This document shows positions 9,738 through 20,064 of a stretch of 64,000 bases of DNA, one piece after another; position 1 is the stretch's first letter; each line of letters opens with the position of its first letter. The DNA comes from a virus (lineage: Duplodnaviria; Caudoviricetes), in IMG/VR virus record IMGVR_UViG_3300032300_000824, positions 65,885-129,884 of that record; one strand, given 5' to 3'. The translations under genes were made by a program, and so were the position numbers. The notes under the pieces were generated by a model, which worked only from the letters and a program-made list of their open reading frames with translations, was not told the origin of the DNA and ran no database searches.

Positions 9738-10394
9738 TTATTTTGCTATATTTTTAGTAAATAGCTCTAAACCATTGAGAGAATTTAATCTTAGACTATC
9801 TAAATTAGCTTTTTTAATAGAAGAAATTTGATTATTATTCCAAATATTACCATTACAAATAATATTAAGGTTTTGAACCTTCTTCTTGATCATCACAGAA
9901 GCTAAGATGTTGTCATTAATGTCGTCTAAAAAATATCCTGTAGAAGGAAATACGTTTTTAATTCCGTGTCCTATTAATATTTGACTGATTTTATACAATA
10001 AATCATAGCTAAATATTCTATATTCTAGAAAATATCTTATTTCAACATCGGGATAGGAAGAGATAAACTCTGATATTGTCTTAATATCTTCTCTGAATTT
10101 ATCATATTTTCTGTTAGCTAGTGGACTTGGAGGAGCCACAATATCTATAATTTTAGCTCCATTCTTAATACAATATTCTACTGAGCTTATTCTAGTTTTT
10201 AGGTCAGATGTTCCAAGAGGATAATCTACTGCGGCAGAAATTTTAATATTATCGGGTATACAGGACTTGGCAGTTTTTAGATAGATAGGAAGTACTGATA
10301 AAATGTCTATAGGATATCTAATCGCTTGATTAATATTTTCTTTAAGTTCATTTTCATTTAGAGAAGTATCATATATTGAATATTCTAATTTCAT
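9738..10394 (-). CDS. Deoxyribose-phosphate aldolase (DeoC)-fold protein, catalytic lysines apparently absent
   Basis: AVDYPLG, KNGAKIIDIV, xPSTG; KTSTG appears as FPSTG. Confidence 0.7.
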   Translation of the reverse strand: MKLEYSIYDTSLNENELKENINQAIRYPIDILSVLPIYLKTAKSCIPDNIKISAAVDYPLGTSDLKTRISSVEYCIKNGAKIIDIVAPPSPLANRKYDKFREDIKTISEFISSYPDVEIRYFLEYRIFSYDLLYKISQILIGHGIKNVFPSTGYFLDDINDNILASVMIKKKVQNLNIICNGNIWNNNQISSIKKANLDSLRLNSLNGLELFTKNIAK

Positions 10395-11056
10395 TTTCTT
10401 TTATTTATTTTTAGGCTATCTATGGTTGGATATTGTTTTGAACCCAAGATTCCATCAGCAAATCCGTAATATACAGTTTCTTCTGCTGTTAAAATCCAAT
10501 CACATTTATTAGCCAACTGGGAAACAATGTGTTTTTTTGCCATCATTTTTTTCCAGTTTTTTTCTTTTGCAATGACACTAGTTTCCATACACCGGTCGGT
10601 GAATATGTCTACCATCTTGTCTGTCTCTCTATCGTTCCATGCTATGCTACTTGATGCTGCTTTTGTATGCTCCTCATTGATACTAATAGACCCATAATGA
10701 ATGAGCATATTTGTGTTCGGCATTAATACTCTTACCGGGGCTGCTTGCAATAGTACACTACTGCATGATTCTACTTTTGCATATGCTAAGATTATTATTT
10801 TTGATTTAGAATAGCTAATAGCATCATACATACCCAAACCATCTTGCCAGTCTCCTCCTGGAAGATGCATATGTACTAAAATAGGATCGTTAGATATCTG
10901 ATTAAGAAATCTTAGATTTTTTTCAAATACAACCGAACACTTATAATCTATCTGTTCTTCTGCACTATCTGACAAATAAGAATGTAGAAAAATTTCTCTG
11001 TTTTTTATATCAATATTAAATGTGTGTATTTGATCTATGTTTATATTATCAATCAT
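10391..11056 (-). CDS. clpP: ClpP-like protease
   Basis: PGGD, ESCSSVLL (Ser), MLIH (His), DWILTAEE..YGFAD (Asp). Confidence 0.8.
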   Translation of the reverse strand: MIDNINIDQIHTFNIDIKNREIFLHSYLSDSAEEQIDYKCSVVFEKNLRFLNQISNDPILVHMHLPGGDWQDGLGMYDAISYSKSKIIILAYAKVESCSSVLLQAAPVRVLMPNTNMLIHYGSISINEEHTKAASSSIAWNDRETDKMVDIFTDRCMETSVIAKEKNWKKMMAKKHIVSQLANKCDWILTAEETVYYGFADGILGSKQYPTIDSLKINKRK

Positions 11057-11459
11057 AGTATTTGTCTATATATTCATATACGTTGTCGTTTATTTTTTTC
11101 ATAACATCTCTGTCTGTAAAGATTTTACCTATTCCAACTCTGAATCTATATCTTGTAATAATGTCTAAAACTTCTACTCCGTCTGATTGCTCAATAATAG
11201 AAGCTATATCCTTAGTTATGCTAAAGTTACTATGCCCTATCCAAAAATTAAAAATTTCACTTGTTGATAAAGAATCCATTGGCATCAAGCCAATTGGAGT
11301 AATTATCGCTTTCATTGGCATCATATGGTTTGGGGGTAATATTTGATCGTCATCCATTTCAATAGCTTCTAGCTCTTCTTCTGTAGAGCTTTCTTCACAA
11401 AATGGATCGACCCATTTTTCCCAGACTATAAGATTATTTTTTGACATAAGATCCCTCAT
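11049..11459 (-). CDS. Hypothetical protein
   Basis: ORF track. Confidence 0.7.
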   Translation of the reverse strand: MRDLMSKNNLIVWEKWVDPFCEESSTEEELEAIEMDDDQILPPNHMMPMKAIITPIGLMPMDSLSTSEIFNFWIGHSNFSITKDIASIIEQSDGVEVLDIITRYRFRVGIGKIFTDRDVMKKINDNVYEYIDKYYD

Positions 11460-11510
11460 GAGATATAATAGAGATCAGAATATACTACTTAAAGGTACAC
11501 CGTGCTATTA

Positions 11511-11936
11511 CTACCTCTTAAACACTTTACTAGGTCGAACTAGAGGATGATTATAGCTTTTAACTGCATTTTTGTAGTTTTCAACGTGAAAAACAGACCA
11601 AAAAGAGATAATATTGTTAATCAATAAGACTGTTTTATCATCATTTTTATCTGAGTCTTTCATCAAAATATCTGCAATTTTTTGACCATAAAAACCGTCC
11701 ATGATATTACTTAGTAGCTTGGCGTAGTTTTCGGCACAACTCATTAACTCATCATTTGTAAAATCTTTAATGTCGGGTAAAAAACATTTTATACGAATAT
11801 CTTTATCATCAATAATATCAAAAGTAATTGATCCAGTAATGTTTTCTTTTTCCTCTTTTTTATCTGTAGATTTTATTAAGCAATTTTTGATACGTGTAAA
11901 TATGTTTAATTTCATTAATGTCGAGAAAAATTCCAT
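11511..11936 (-). CDS. Hypothetical protein
   Basis: ORF track. Confidence 0.65.
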   Translation of the reverse strand: MEFFSTLMKLNIFTRIKNCLIKSTDKKEEKENITGSITFDIIDDKDIRIKCFLPDIKDFTNDELMSCAENYAKLLSNIMDGFYGQKIADILMKDSDKNDDKTVLLINNIISFWSVFHVENYKNAVKSYNHPLVRPSKVFKR

Positions 11937-12216
11937 TTTTTGTTTCTAGTCCAGGTGGAAGAAAAGTATAATAATAGATATTGAGAATTTCGTCACCCAA
12001 AAAAACATCGTACAAAATATTGGAAAATGTAAAAGTTGTTTCGCCCAAGTAATACTCTATTATAGATTTCAAAACATTGTCCATAGATCCAAAATTTTTT
12101 TGCAGTTCTAATGAGGGTATTGTTGGAGTATCACTAAATGTAGATAAAAACGAATACGACGGAACATTATCTTCTAGCGTTGGAATTAGCATTAGCAGAA
12201 ATACATTAGCTTGCAT
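11860..12216 (-). CDS. Hypothetical protein
   Basis: ORF track. Confidence 0.6.
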   Translation of the reverse strand: MQANVFLLMLIPTLEDNVPSYSFLSTFSDTPTIPSLELQKNFGSMDNVLKSIIEYYLGETTFTFSNILYDVFLGDEILNIYYYTFLPPGLETKNGIFLDINEIKHIYTYQKLLNKIYR

Positions 12217-12793
12217 TTAATAAATCTCCAATAGACTTTAAACCCTTTTTAATATTCTGTCTCACGGCCTCTCTGGTAGTTCCATACTTAGACCCTATCT
12301 CAGATAGCGTTTGGTTATGAAAGTAATAGAGACGAATCTGTTCCTTTTGCTTATCTGTTAGAATATTACTAGTAAATAGTTCATTCACTAATTTTTGTCT
12401 ATTGGATTCATATTCCATAGTCATTACTATATCAGATGGATCAGTCATATGTTTATCTTCAATCTGATCATCAAATCCTATATCGTCATTAGACTTAGTT
12501 CTGTTGATTGAAACAGATTTATTAGTCTTGTATTTATTTGTGATATAAGTTTTAAGAGCCCAAATAACACACTGATTTCTATAAGAATAGAGCGTTTTCT
12601 TTTTCCCAGTGTCTTTTCCAACTCTGTTTTCGTCCCATTTCCAATCAGCAGTAATTATAGAATTAACAATTTCCCCAAAAGCTTCTTCATTATTAATAAT
12701 TTCCATAGCTAAAGCTGGGTAAAACTTGGGAGCTAACTTCCTAACAGCTTTCTGTGCAATAGTTCTGTACGTGGTCAGGCTTTCATATTCCAT
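12206..12793 (-). CDS. Phage sigma70-family RNA polymerase sigma factor
   Basis: Region 2-like LYSYRNQCVIWAL and region 4 HTH LTDKQKEQIRLYY..QTLSEIGSKYGTTREAVRQ. Confidence 0.8.
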   Translation of the reverse strand: MEYESLTTYRTIAQKAVRKLAPKFYPALAMEIINNEEAFGEIVNSIITADWKWDENRVGKDTGKKKTLYSYRNQCVIWALKTYITNKYKTNKSVSINRTKSNDDIGFDDQIEDKHMTDPSDIVMTMEYESNRQKLVNELFTSNILTDKQKEQIRLYYFHNQTLSEIGSKYGTTREAVRQNIKKGLKSIGDLLNAS

Positions 12794-12855
12794 ATTGGTT
12801 CCTAGTAGTTTCCTTAAGAGTAAAATTTTATCCTAATCGTCAATCATCTAACCAT

Positions 12856-13617
12856 TTACTTGGTTAGTTTTTTCCATTGATCTGAATCTGGTCTATCTTT
12901 ATCTCCCGGCTTAGCAGGTCTATATTTCTTTCCTTCTCTTTCTTTTTTCTTTCTAATATTATCCCATAGTCCAGGTCTTTTGGCTGTTTGTGCCTCAACA
13001 GGGTCAGATTCATCATTTGTCATCGACATAACCATCGAAGGGTCATTAGAATTTTCTACAGGCTCGTTCTCACTTTCTGAGAACATGACAAAATCGTGAA
13101 TGTCACCCATCTGATCTTGCATAACTGCAATTTTAGCAAGAACCCACGCTTCTGTCAAGTTTTCTACTACTTTAGGATCATCAACAGAGTTGTAAAGATG
13201 TTTAGCATGTATGGCCATCGATTTGAGAGCTGTTAAAGCCATACCTAAGAATTCATTAATATTTTTTCCGACTGGCTTCATATCTTCTGCCATAAGAGGT
13301 AAATTATTATATTCAGTATTCCTAGAGTCGTCATTAGAAAAGTCTGTAGATACAGAAAGATACTTAGCGTTCTTTTTAATTGACTGTCCTACAGACCAGT
13401 TTTCTCCACCATTGGTAGCTTTGTATGAGACAACTCTTCCCATAGGTTCTGGAAAAGTATCTATTCCTTCTACTTTTCCTATACTACCATAATAGGCACA
13501 CGAAGCATCCATATTTTTAACCATATTGCCAAGACTTATCTCTGAAATTTCTTGACTACGAGATAATTCTTGTTCAACGCCTTGTAGCAAGTTTTTAAAT
13601 CTGTCCATTTTATTCAC
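12856..13617 (-). CDS. Hypothetical protein
   Basis: EAWVLAKIAV motif and basic GLWDNIRKKKER tail. Confidence 0.7.
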   Translation of the reverse strand: MNKMDRFKNLLQGVEQELSRSQEISEISLGNMVKNMDASCAYYGSIGKVEGIDTFPEPMGRVVSYKATNGGENWSVGQSIKKNAKYLSVSTDFSNDDSRNTEYNNLPLMAEDMKPVGKNINEFLGMALTALKSMAIHAKHLYNSVDDPKVVENLTEAWVLAKIAVMQDQMGDIHDFVMFSESENEPVENSNDPSMVMSMTNDESDPVEAQTAKRPGLWDNIRKKKEREGKKYRPAKPGDKDRPDSDQWKKLTK

Positions 13618-13625
13618 CTTTTAAT

Positions 13626-14225
13626 TTAAGCTTGTAGTGTTAGGAAGTTATCAATACCCATCTGTTCAATAAGTTTAAGATATCCCTCGTATAGTTTGAT
13701 ACCGTTTTCACTACCTTGTAGTAGTGGAATCATTATATTTGCTGTCATCTCATCTCCTATTGTTCTTGCGGCAACAATTGTAGCTCTTTCTGCAACAGCT
13801 GCTTCTTTTACTGATGCTAAATTATATTTAATCATTGCTAACATATCATGCCTAGCCCAAGCTGGGGGAGCAACTACTAATGGTTGATAGTCTGCATCAA
13901 AAAATTCTAATCTTTCTATATTAATTACAGAGTGATTATGTTCTTCTTCTGCATCAACTTTGATAACTGCTGCAAGTTTTTTATATCCCCATCTTTCAAG
14001 ATGTACTGCTTGTGCAGATAGGGAGGTCGTTTGTTGCCAGTGTATATTTAAAGACTTCTTTAAAAGTTCTATTACAGTATCAGATGTGTAGCTATCCTGG
14101 GTCTGGGCTTCCGAAACTGGACTTTCTTCTATCTTCACTTCTGTCTCAACCTGTTCTGTGTTTTCTATTTCCATATCTGCTATGTTGTGCTGTTCAGATA
14201 ATAATTCATCAATAGGTTTTTCCAT
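13626..14225 (-). CDS. Ferritin/bacterioferritin-like protein
   Basis: HLERWGYKKLA...EEEHNH...IERLEFF...LIEQMGIDNFL matches the bacterioferritin pattern; start moved to MEKPID to avoid a long overlap. Confidence 0.75.
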   Translation of the reverse strand: MEKPIDELLSEQHNIADMEIENTEQVETEVKIEESPVSEAQTQDSYTSDTVIELLKKSLNIHWQQTTSLSAQAVHLERWGYKKLAAVIKVDAEEEHNHSVINIERLEFFDADYQPLVVAPPAWARHDMLAMIKYNLASVKEAAVAERATIVAARTIGDEMTANIMIPLLQGSENGIKLYEGYLKLIEQMGIDNFLTLQA

Positions 14226-14250
14226 AAAATCTTTCTTTATAAGTATTAGA

Positions 14251-14682
14251 CTACCAGCTCTTACATGCCCAATAACGAGCTTTCCATTTTGGTCCTGGAT
14301 TATCACATCTCATTCTTGCTCTAAAACTTTTTCTTCTTGCAGGAATATCTTTCTTGATTTCCATATTTGGGTCGCCAAAATTTACTTTAACAACATTACC
14401 TTTTTCGTTCTTGACATAAACACTAAATTTTTTCGGACCATCTGGAGTTCTAAAATATTTATTAAGAGTTACTTTTTTCCCTTGGTATTCTGATGCTACT
14501 ATATGTGAAATATCGTAATCTTCAGTTGCTTCTCCAGCATCTACATAATCTTCTTCTTTGGGAATAACTAAGTTTGATACTGTTAATTCCTCGGAATTTC
14601 CACATTCTTGACAGTCAAGATCTAGAGCAGCTATTACTTGATCAATTAAACTAGGTTTTGATTTTTTGTCTGAATTTTGCAT
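14251..14682 (-). CDS. Hypothetical phage protein
   Basis: KVNFGDPNM...RRKSFRARMRC...ARYWAC motif familiar from large phages. Confidence 0.7.
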   Translation of the reverse strand: MQNSDKKSKPSLIDQVIAALDLDCQECGNSEELTVSNLVIPKEEDYVDAGEATEDYDISHIVASEYQGKKVTLNKYFRTPDGPKKFSVYVKNEKGNVVKVNFGDPNMEIKKDIPARRKSFRARMRCDNPGPKWKARYWACKSW

Positions 14683-14704
14683 ATAGTATCTCCTTGTAAC
14701 TTAA

Positions 14705-15775
14705 TTATACACAATTTATGACTTTGCTTGCAGAGCTTGACCAAGTTAGAGATTTAGCTGTTATTAATCCGTTCGGATTAGTTTGAACCCTATTTTTATA
14801 TGCATATCGTAAATAGTCTATAATTTGATCAATTTGTTTTTGCCCAATTTTAGCCCAATTCCCTTGACCCCTAAAATATTTACCGTCATTGGCCGGTTCA
14901 ACACTATCTATATCAACAAGAAAACAATTATCATTATTGCAAAACTCTGTGTGGGCTGAGTAATTACTAGCTATTACTGGCTTATTCATAGCCATTGTCT
15001 CCAAAAGCTCTAAATTCCATCCTTCTGCTCTAGATATATAAATTCCACAGTCAATGTATGCCAGTAGTTTAGCTATATCATTATGTGACTGTAGGTGAGG
15101 GAAGAGCTTTACCTTGTCTTTGAGTTTACTATTTAGATACATTGCTTCCCACTGACTTCTTTCTTCTGGAGTAATATATCCATTGTCAGAAGAAGCATTT
15201 ACCCACAATTCAAAATTTTCATTATTGGGAAAAGCTTTTTCAAAAATATCTAATAGTATATCATGACATTTTCTAATCTCCCATTTGCCTATTACGGAAA
15301 AGATATATGGTTCTGGCTTATTAGTTAAAGTATCTGTAATTTTGTAGTCAAAGATTTCTGTATCTACTCCAAGAGGAACCACATGAATAGGAGTTTTGAT
15401 GTCATATTTAAGTAAAACATTTTTTGCCCATTCACTAGCGACAAAAATTTTATCACAACATTTAAAATTATGCTGTTCTACTTCATTAATAGTATCAAGT
15501 TCAAAAAAGGGAAATACATAATAGTTACCAGATCCAATTCTGCTAGACAAATCCCAAGCGTGCCACATCTTTAACGATGGAGCTTTATGATTATAGGATA
15601 GTCTATTATTAAAAGATTTTTCTAATATATCAAACTTTGAACTATTAATAGAGAGTGGTGTCCCTATAGGAAACAGCGACACATCTACACCCTGTTCTAT
15701 GAGAGATATTAAAAGATTATATCCAGCAACTCCATATCCTGTATAGGTCACTGGTGCTTGAAAGTTTAGTTGCAT
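14705..15775 (-). CDS. GT4-type glycosyltransferase
   Basis: TGYG N-terminus, SRAEGWNLELLETMAM. Confidence 0.85.
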   Translation of the reverse strand: MQLNFQAPVTYTGYGVAGYNLLISLIEQGVDVSLFPIGTPLSINSSKFDILEKSFNNRLSYNHKAPSLKMWHAWDLSSRIGSGNYYVFPFFELDTINEVEQHNFKCCDKIFVASEWAKNVLLKYDIKTPIHVVPLGVDTEIFDYKITDTLTNKPEPYIFSVIGKWEIRKCHDILLDIFEKAFPNNENFELWVNASSDNGYITPEERSQWEAMYLNSKLKDKVKLFPHLQSHNDIAKLLAYIDCGIYISRAEGWNLELLETMAMNKPVIASNYSAHTEFCNNDNCFLVDIDSVEPANDGKYFRGQGNWAKIGQKQIDQIIDYLRYAYKNRVQTNPNGLITAKSLTWSSSASKVINCV

Positions 15776-15778
15776 TTT

Positions 15779-16894
15779 TTATTCGTAAATCTTGTTATGA
15801 GTATTGTTGACCTGTATGAACGTTGTTTTTTTGCTAAAGTCTTTTATCCTTGATGCTCCGACATATGTGCAAGAACTTCTTATACCTCCAAGAATATCTT
15901 TCAAAACGTCTTCAGATGTTCCTTTATATTTGATGGTAACAGATTTCCCTTCGCTTGTTCTATAATCGGCAACACCATTATGGTATTTGTCCATAGCATC
16001 TTTTGAACTCATACCATAAAATTTAAGGCTAACTTTGCGCTTTTCTGTTTCATATCCTGGAGGAAATGGTTGCCAAAATTCTCCAGCAATACCAGCTTTC
16101 GGACACTTATACTCATATTGCCATTCTCCTTCACAGCAGTCTGTACCAGCAAACATACTACCAAGCATAACAAAATCAGCATTAGCTCCAAAAGCTTTGC
16201 AAACATCTCCAACCACTTTGCATCCTCCATCAGAGCATATGTGTCCACCTAAGCCGTGTGCTGCGTCAGCACACTCCATAATTGCAGATAGTTGAGGATA
16301 TCCTATTCCTGTCTTTAGTCTTGTTGTGCATACTGATCCTGACCCTATTCCTACCTTGACTATATCAACCTTACCATGAAATATAAGCTCTTCAGTCATC
16401 TCTGGCGTGACAACATTTCCTGCCATGATGATAATATCGCTGTATAGTTTTCTAATATGATTAACTGTTTTAACAAATTTCTCACTATATCCATTAGCTA
16501 CGTCAACACAGATATTAGGTAATTTCCTATTGGTTTTAAGAAGTTCTCCAAATACATATGTCATTTTTTCTATATCTGAGGAACCTATACCAGTAGAATA
16601 AAACGCTAATGTTTCTGGATTATTGGTGAAAAAGCCAACCAATACTTCTGGAGAATAATGTTTATGTAAACATGTTATAGCTTCATGTTTTTCTAGAATA
16701 CTAGTCATACCTATTGTCCCAGTAGTATCCATATTGGCTACAACAACCGGAATACAATTTAGCTTTCTAGGAGAGTTGGCAAACTTAAATTCTCTATGAA
16801 GAGAAACTTCAGATCTGCTACTCAGTGTTGATCTTTTGGGTTTGATCAAAACGTCATCAAAATCCAACTTGAGTTCATTTATTATTTTTTGCAT
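15779..16894 (-). CDS. guaC: GMP reductase
   Basis: LDFDDVLIKPKRSTL.SR, ANMD, DVANGY, GIGSGSVCTTR, FYGMSS, YRTSEGK. Confidence 0.92.
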   Translation of the reverse strand: MQKIINELKLDFDDVLIKPKRSTLSSRSEVSLHREFKFANSPRKLNCIPVVVANMDTTGTIGMTSILEKHEAITCLHKHYSPEVLVGFFTNNPETLAFYSTGIGSSDIEKMTYVFGELLKTNRKLPNICVDVANGYSEKFVKTVNHIRKLYSDIIIMAGNVVTPEMTEELIFHGKVDIVKVGIGSGSVCTTRLKTGIGYPQLSAIMECADAAHGLGGHICSDGGCKVVGDVCKAFGANADFVMLGSMFAGTDCCEGEWQYEYKCPKAGIAGEFWQPFPPGYETEKRKVSLKFYGMSSKDAMDKYHNGVADYRTSEGKSVTIKYKGTSEDVLKDILGGIRSSCTYVGASRIKDFSKKTTFIQVNNTHNKIYE

Positions 16895-16897
16895 AAT

Positions 16898-17428
16898 TCA
16901 TTTGGAAAAGAAATACCATCTCCTATGTGTATCAATGTTCTCTGAACTATTAATATGTACTAAATACTCTTTGATCTCATCCCATGTAGAAAAAATCATC
17001 TGGTGTGGTATTGTTCCAAAAAGCCAATCGGGCGTTTCTTTTTTACCTTGTACCATATGAACAATTATAGGTTTCTTTTGTCTATTTGCCCAAAAAATTT
17101 CTTCTAGTGTTCCACACGGATGTACAGTGATATCTAAATTAACAACCAGAAAATCACTTATGTCTACTAGTCTTAGATCGACAGCCCTGATTGTTTTCAT
17201 CATATGGGTAAGCTCATCATATCTTTCTTGACGTTTGAGCTTAGTTTTAATTAAGTGGGAGTCTTGGTCTTCCATGCCTATATTTGTTGGCTTACTAATA
17301 GGATTAAAAACTTCAACACCCATTTCCTCAAAGAAGGGGGTTATCGCCGCTCGCCATGTCATACCCCTGTCAGGAACTCTGTCCATAGCACCAGCCAGAT
17401 AAACTCTAGATTTATTAAGTCTATTCAT
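16898..17428 (-). CDS. Nucleoside 2-deoxyribosyltransferase-like protein
   Basis: VYLAG, FNP, D..LVDISD, GTLEE motifs. Confidence 0.7.
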   Translation of the reverse strand: MNRLNKSRVYLAGAMDRVPDRGMTWRAAITPFFEEMGVEVFNPISKPTNIGMEDQDSHLIKTKLKRQERYDELTHMMKTIRAVDLRLVDISDFLVVNLDITVHPCGTLEEIFWANRQKKPIIVHMVQGKKETPDWLFGTIPHQMIFSTWDEIKEYLVHINSSENIDTHRRWYFFSK

Positions 17429-17478
17429 AGAAACACATTAAAAGGAATAATACAAGTAAAAAAAGCAACATGATAATC

Positions 17479-18147
17479 TCAATTCAAATTTGCCCAATCT
17501 CCATCAAGCCTATTCCATTTAAAATCCATTAAGTTTTGAGATACTGAAAAATAATATGGATTAATCAAACCCCTGAGCTTATCAGATTTAATGGTGCTTG
17601 AAGCATCACTGTGATGCCTACACATTATACCAGGAGTTTTTTCTATTGTCCAGCCACGACTTCTTACTCTTCTCATAAAGTCTATGTCTAAGAAATAAAA
17701 AGGACAACAGAGCCAATCCCATTCCCCTACATCAGAGAGCATCGAAGTTCTGTATGCACAAAACAAATCTTCATTTTCCTTAGCATCCTGATGTACCCAG
17801 CCTGTTTTATTTTGGTCGGTAAAACTTTTTTTTGCATTTTCTAATAATAGCAAATCACCTTCAGAAGTTAATACCTCACAATCATTGTGCATGAATGTTA
17901 TGAAGTCTGTCTGTTGTTCAATGCCTATTTTTCTGATCCAGTTGTATGTTTGTGCAGTGGTCAAAGGTACAGGAGGTCTGAGAACATGAAAATTAAAATC
18001 TGTTTCTTGAGCCAAGAGACTTTTCAACGATCCTTCTGCGCTATTATCTATAAAGATAGTATTATTCCAAAAATTTGGAACACTCTTAATTGCCAAAAGA
18101 GTTAAGTCAATCCTGTTTACGTAAGGAATAAAGTGTAAATACTTCAT
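17479..18147 (-). CDS. GT2-like glycosyltransferase
   Basis: IDNS, FMHND, VGEWD, DIDF. Confidence 0.7.
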   Translation of the reverse strand: MKYLHFIPYVNRIDLTLLAIKSVPNFWNNTIFIDNSAEGSLKSLLAQETDFNFHVLRPPVPLTTAQTYNWIRKIGIEQQTDFITFMHNDCEVLTSEGDLLLLENAKKSFTDQNKTGWVHQDAKENEDLFCAYRTSMLSDVGEWDWLCCPFYFLDIDFMRRVRSRGWTIEKTPGIMCRHHSDASSTIKSDKLRGLINPYYFSVSQNLMDFKWNRLDGDWANLN

Positions 18148-18713
18148 CAGGAATGTTGTTTATTATAGTTATAGATAAAAACGTCGTATCTTCCCCATAG
18201 ATCTTCTATTAGGTCTGAAATAAAATTCCAATTACCACCAGCTATTCCAGAACCAAACTTAGGAGCATGGATTTCTATCTTAGGACTATCTGGTTGACTG
18301 TTATAATTTTTGATAAATGTTGATACTAGACCCATAGATCTTACTAGTGCCGCATAATTTAAGCACCTTCTGTGATTCTTATCCGGTAATCCATTTTGAG
18401 CCATCATATTAGCAAAAAATAATTTATGACCATATTTATTTTTTACAGATACTTCTATGAATTGAGTGTGTCCAAAGTTATTTCGAAGAAAAGTTTTTCC
18501 TAATAAATGGTAATTTTCTTTTACTATTGGATAATGATTTGATACGGCAGCAGCAAATCCTCCACTAAAAACATCTATATTATTACAGACATGGGGGATA
18601 ATGACTGAACTGCCTAGTTTTTCTGAGGATACTCTTTTTAAAATTCTTTCAAACAGATCATCGTTACTCAAATGATAAGTTTTGTGGACATTTGCTAGGT
18701 TTCTTGTTTGCAT
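18147..18713 (-). CDS. Macro-domain (ADP-ribose processing) protein
   Basis: HVCNN..GGFA, PKFGSGIAGGNW. Confidence 0.8.
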   Translation of the reverse strand: MQTRNLANVHKTYHLSNDDLFERILKRVSSEKLGSSVIIPHVCNNIDVFSGGFAAAVSNHYPIVKENYHLLGKTFLRNNFGHTQFIEVSVKNKYGHKLFFANMMAQNGLPDKNHRRCLNYAALVRSMGLVSTFIKNYNSQPDSPKIEIHAPKFGSGIAGGNWNFISDLIEDLWGRYDVFIYNYNKQHS

Positions 18714-18794
18714 AAAAGCTCCTTGTTTCTCTTATAGTAAGATGAAACTTTTGAGAAGCAATTTGCTGTTCGTACATACTATTATTGTATAATA

Positions 18795-19142
18795 CTATAG
18801 TCTTTCGTCCCAATATCCATCTGGATAGTTGTTATTGTATATCTCAAATTTTACGTATGCAATATAATCATCAATTATCTCATAATTATTGACCGGCATG
18901 GCTCTTACATAAGAAACAAGAGGATTCCACCATTCTACATATTCTTTTAAGTTGACTTGATACGATCTTTCTTCCTCTTGTTCCACAAAAAACCAAGTCC
19001 CAGTATCCGTTTCTGGAGGTATTTTAATGTTAGACTTTCTAGTTAACCAATGATGAAAACTTTCTTTGTCTATAAGCCAACAATCATATAGTTCTGATGT
19101 TGTTAGATCTATTATTTCAGCATTATTTATTTGGATTTTCAT
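18795..19142 (-). CDS. Hypothetical protein
   Basis: ORF track. Confidence 0.65.
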   Translation of the reverse strand: MKIQINNAEIIDLTTSELYDCWLIDKESFHHWLTRKSNIKIPPETDTGTWFFVEQEEERSYQVNLKEYVEWWNPLVSYVRAMPVNNYEIIDDYIAYVKFEIYNNNYPDGYWDERL

Positions 19143-19148
19143 TTTTCC

Positions 19149-20063
19149 TCATGCAAAAATTGATGCAAACCTTGAATTGTTTAAAAATTTAGGAGCCAAA
19201 GGATGAATTTGCTTATTATTATTTTTATCTATATAATTTGAGACAATATCGTGTGTTATTTTCTCTAGGTCAAAATCATTTGTTTCTGTTTTAAAGTTAG
19301 CAGAGAATTCTTGGTGAGCAAAACATTGCCATTTAGCCCTATTGTCGATGTTATTTGTCATAGAAGAAAGATGCCATCCTCCCAAGCCTTCCAATATGTT
19401 TATATCTTGAATTGGTGCTGTATAGTTATTGTACACGGTCTTTTCTTCTTCGTCATCAAATCTAAATGAAGAATCTGCTACGTGATTTAATTTATATGGC
19501 TGTTTAGAAAAATTAATTCTTCTATAATCAGCAGCAATTATTTTTTTCATATTATCATAAGATGTAATAAAAGCTTTAATCCATAAATTTTTATCCGGGC
19601 TGGTTTCTAATCCAACGCTACACTTAAAATACTTATATTTTAAGTAATTAATAGATTGAAAATTTTGAATACCATCCAGTATGGATATATTTTGAATTTC
19701 ATCTAAATCTTGAAAGCATATCACATCGCCGCTTTGAGCCAAACCCAATACAGAATCTTGCAAAATCTTTTTATGGTAAAACTCTGCTACCCATCGGTTT
19801 TCAGTAGATTTAAAATTATTATGCCCAATAAAGTTTCCGGAATAAGGCTTTGGTAAGTTATCAATCTTTACATATAGTATTCTATTTTTATACTTTGTAA
19901 ATATGTCTTGATATTTTTCAAAAAAGAATGGTTTAGAAATTCCGCTATACGTAGTGTCAGCCTCCGCCAGCACCACATAATCAAACCATTGAAGATCATA
20001 TTCTATTCTGGCTTCTAGAAGCCAGATTTCATTATTCATGGTAAGACAGTTATATTTTTTCAT
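19149..20063 (-). CDS. GT17-like glycosyltransferase
   Basis: NEIWLLEAR, EADTTYSG..KP, DLDEI, GWHLS. Confidence 0.75.
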   Translation of the reverse strand: MKKYNCLTMNNEIWLLEARIEYDLQWFDYVVLAEADTTYSGISKPFFFEKYQDIFTKYKNRILYVKIDNLPKPYSGNFIGHNNFKSTENRWVAEFYHKKILQDSVLGLAQSGDVICFQDLDEIQNISILDGIQNFQSINYLKYKYFKCSVGLETSPDKNLWIKAFITSYDNMKKIIAADYRRINFSKQPYKLNHVADSSFRFDDEEEKTVYNNYTAPIQDINILEGLGGWHLSSMTNNIDNRAKWQCFAHQEFSANFKTETNDFDLEKITHDIVSNYIDKNNNKQIHPLAPKFLNNSRFASIFA

Positions 20064-20064
20064 T

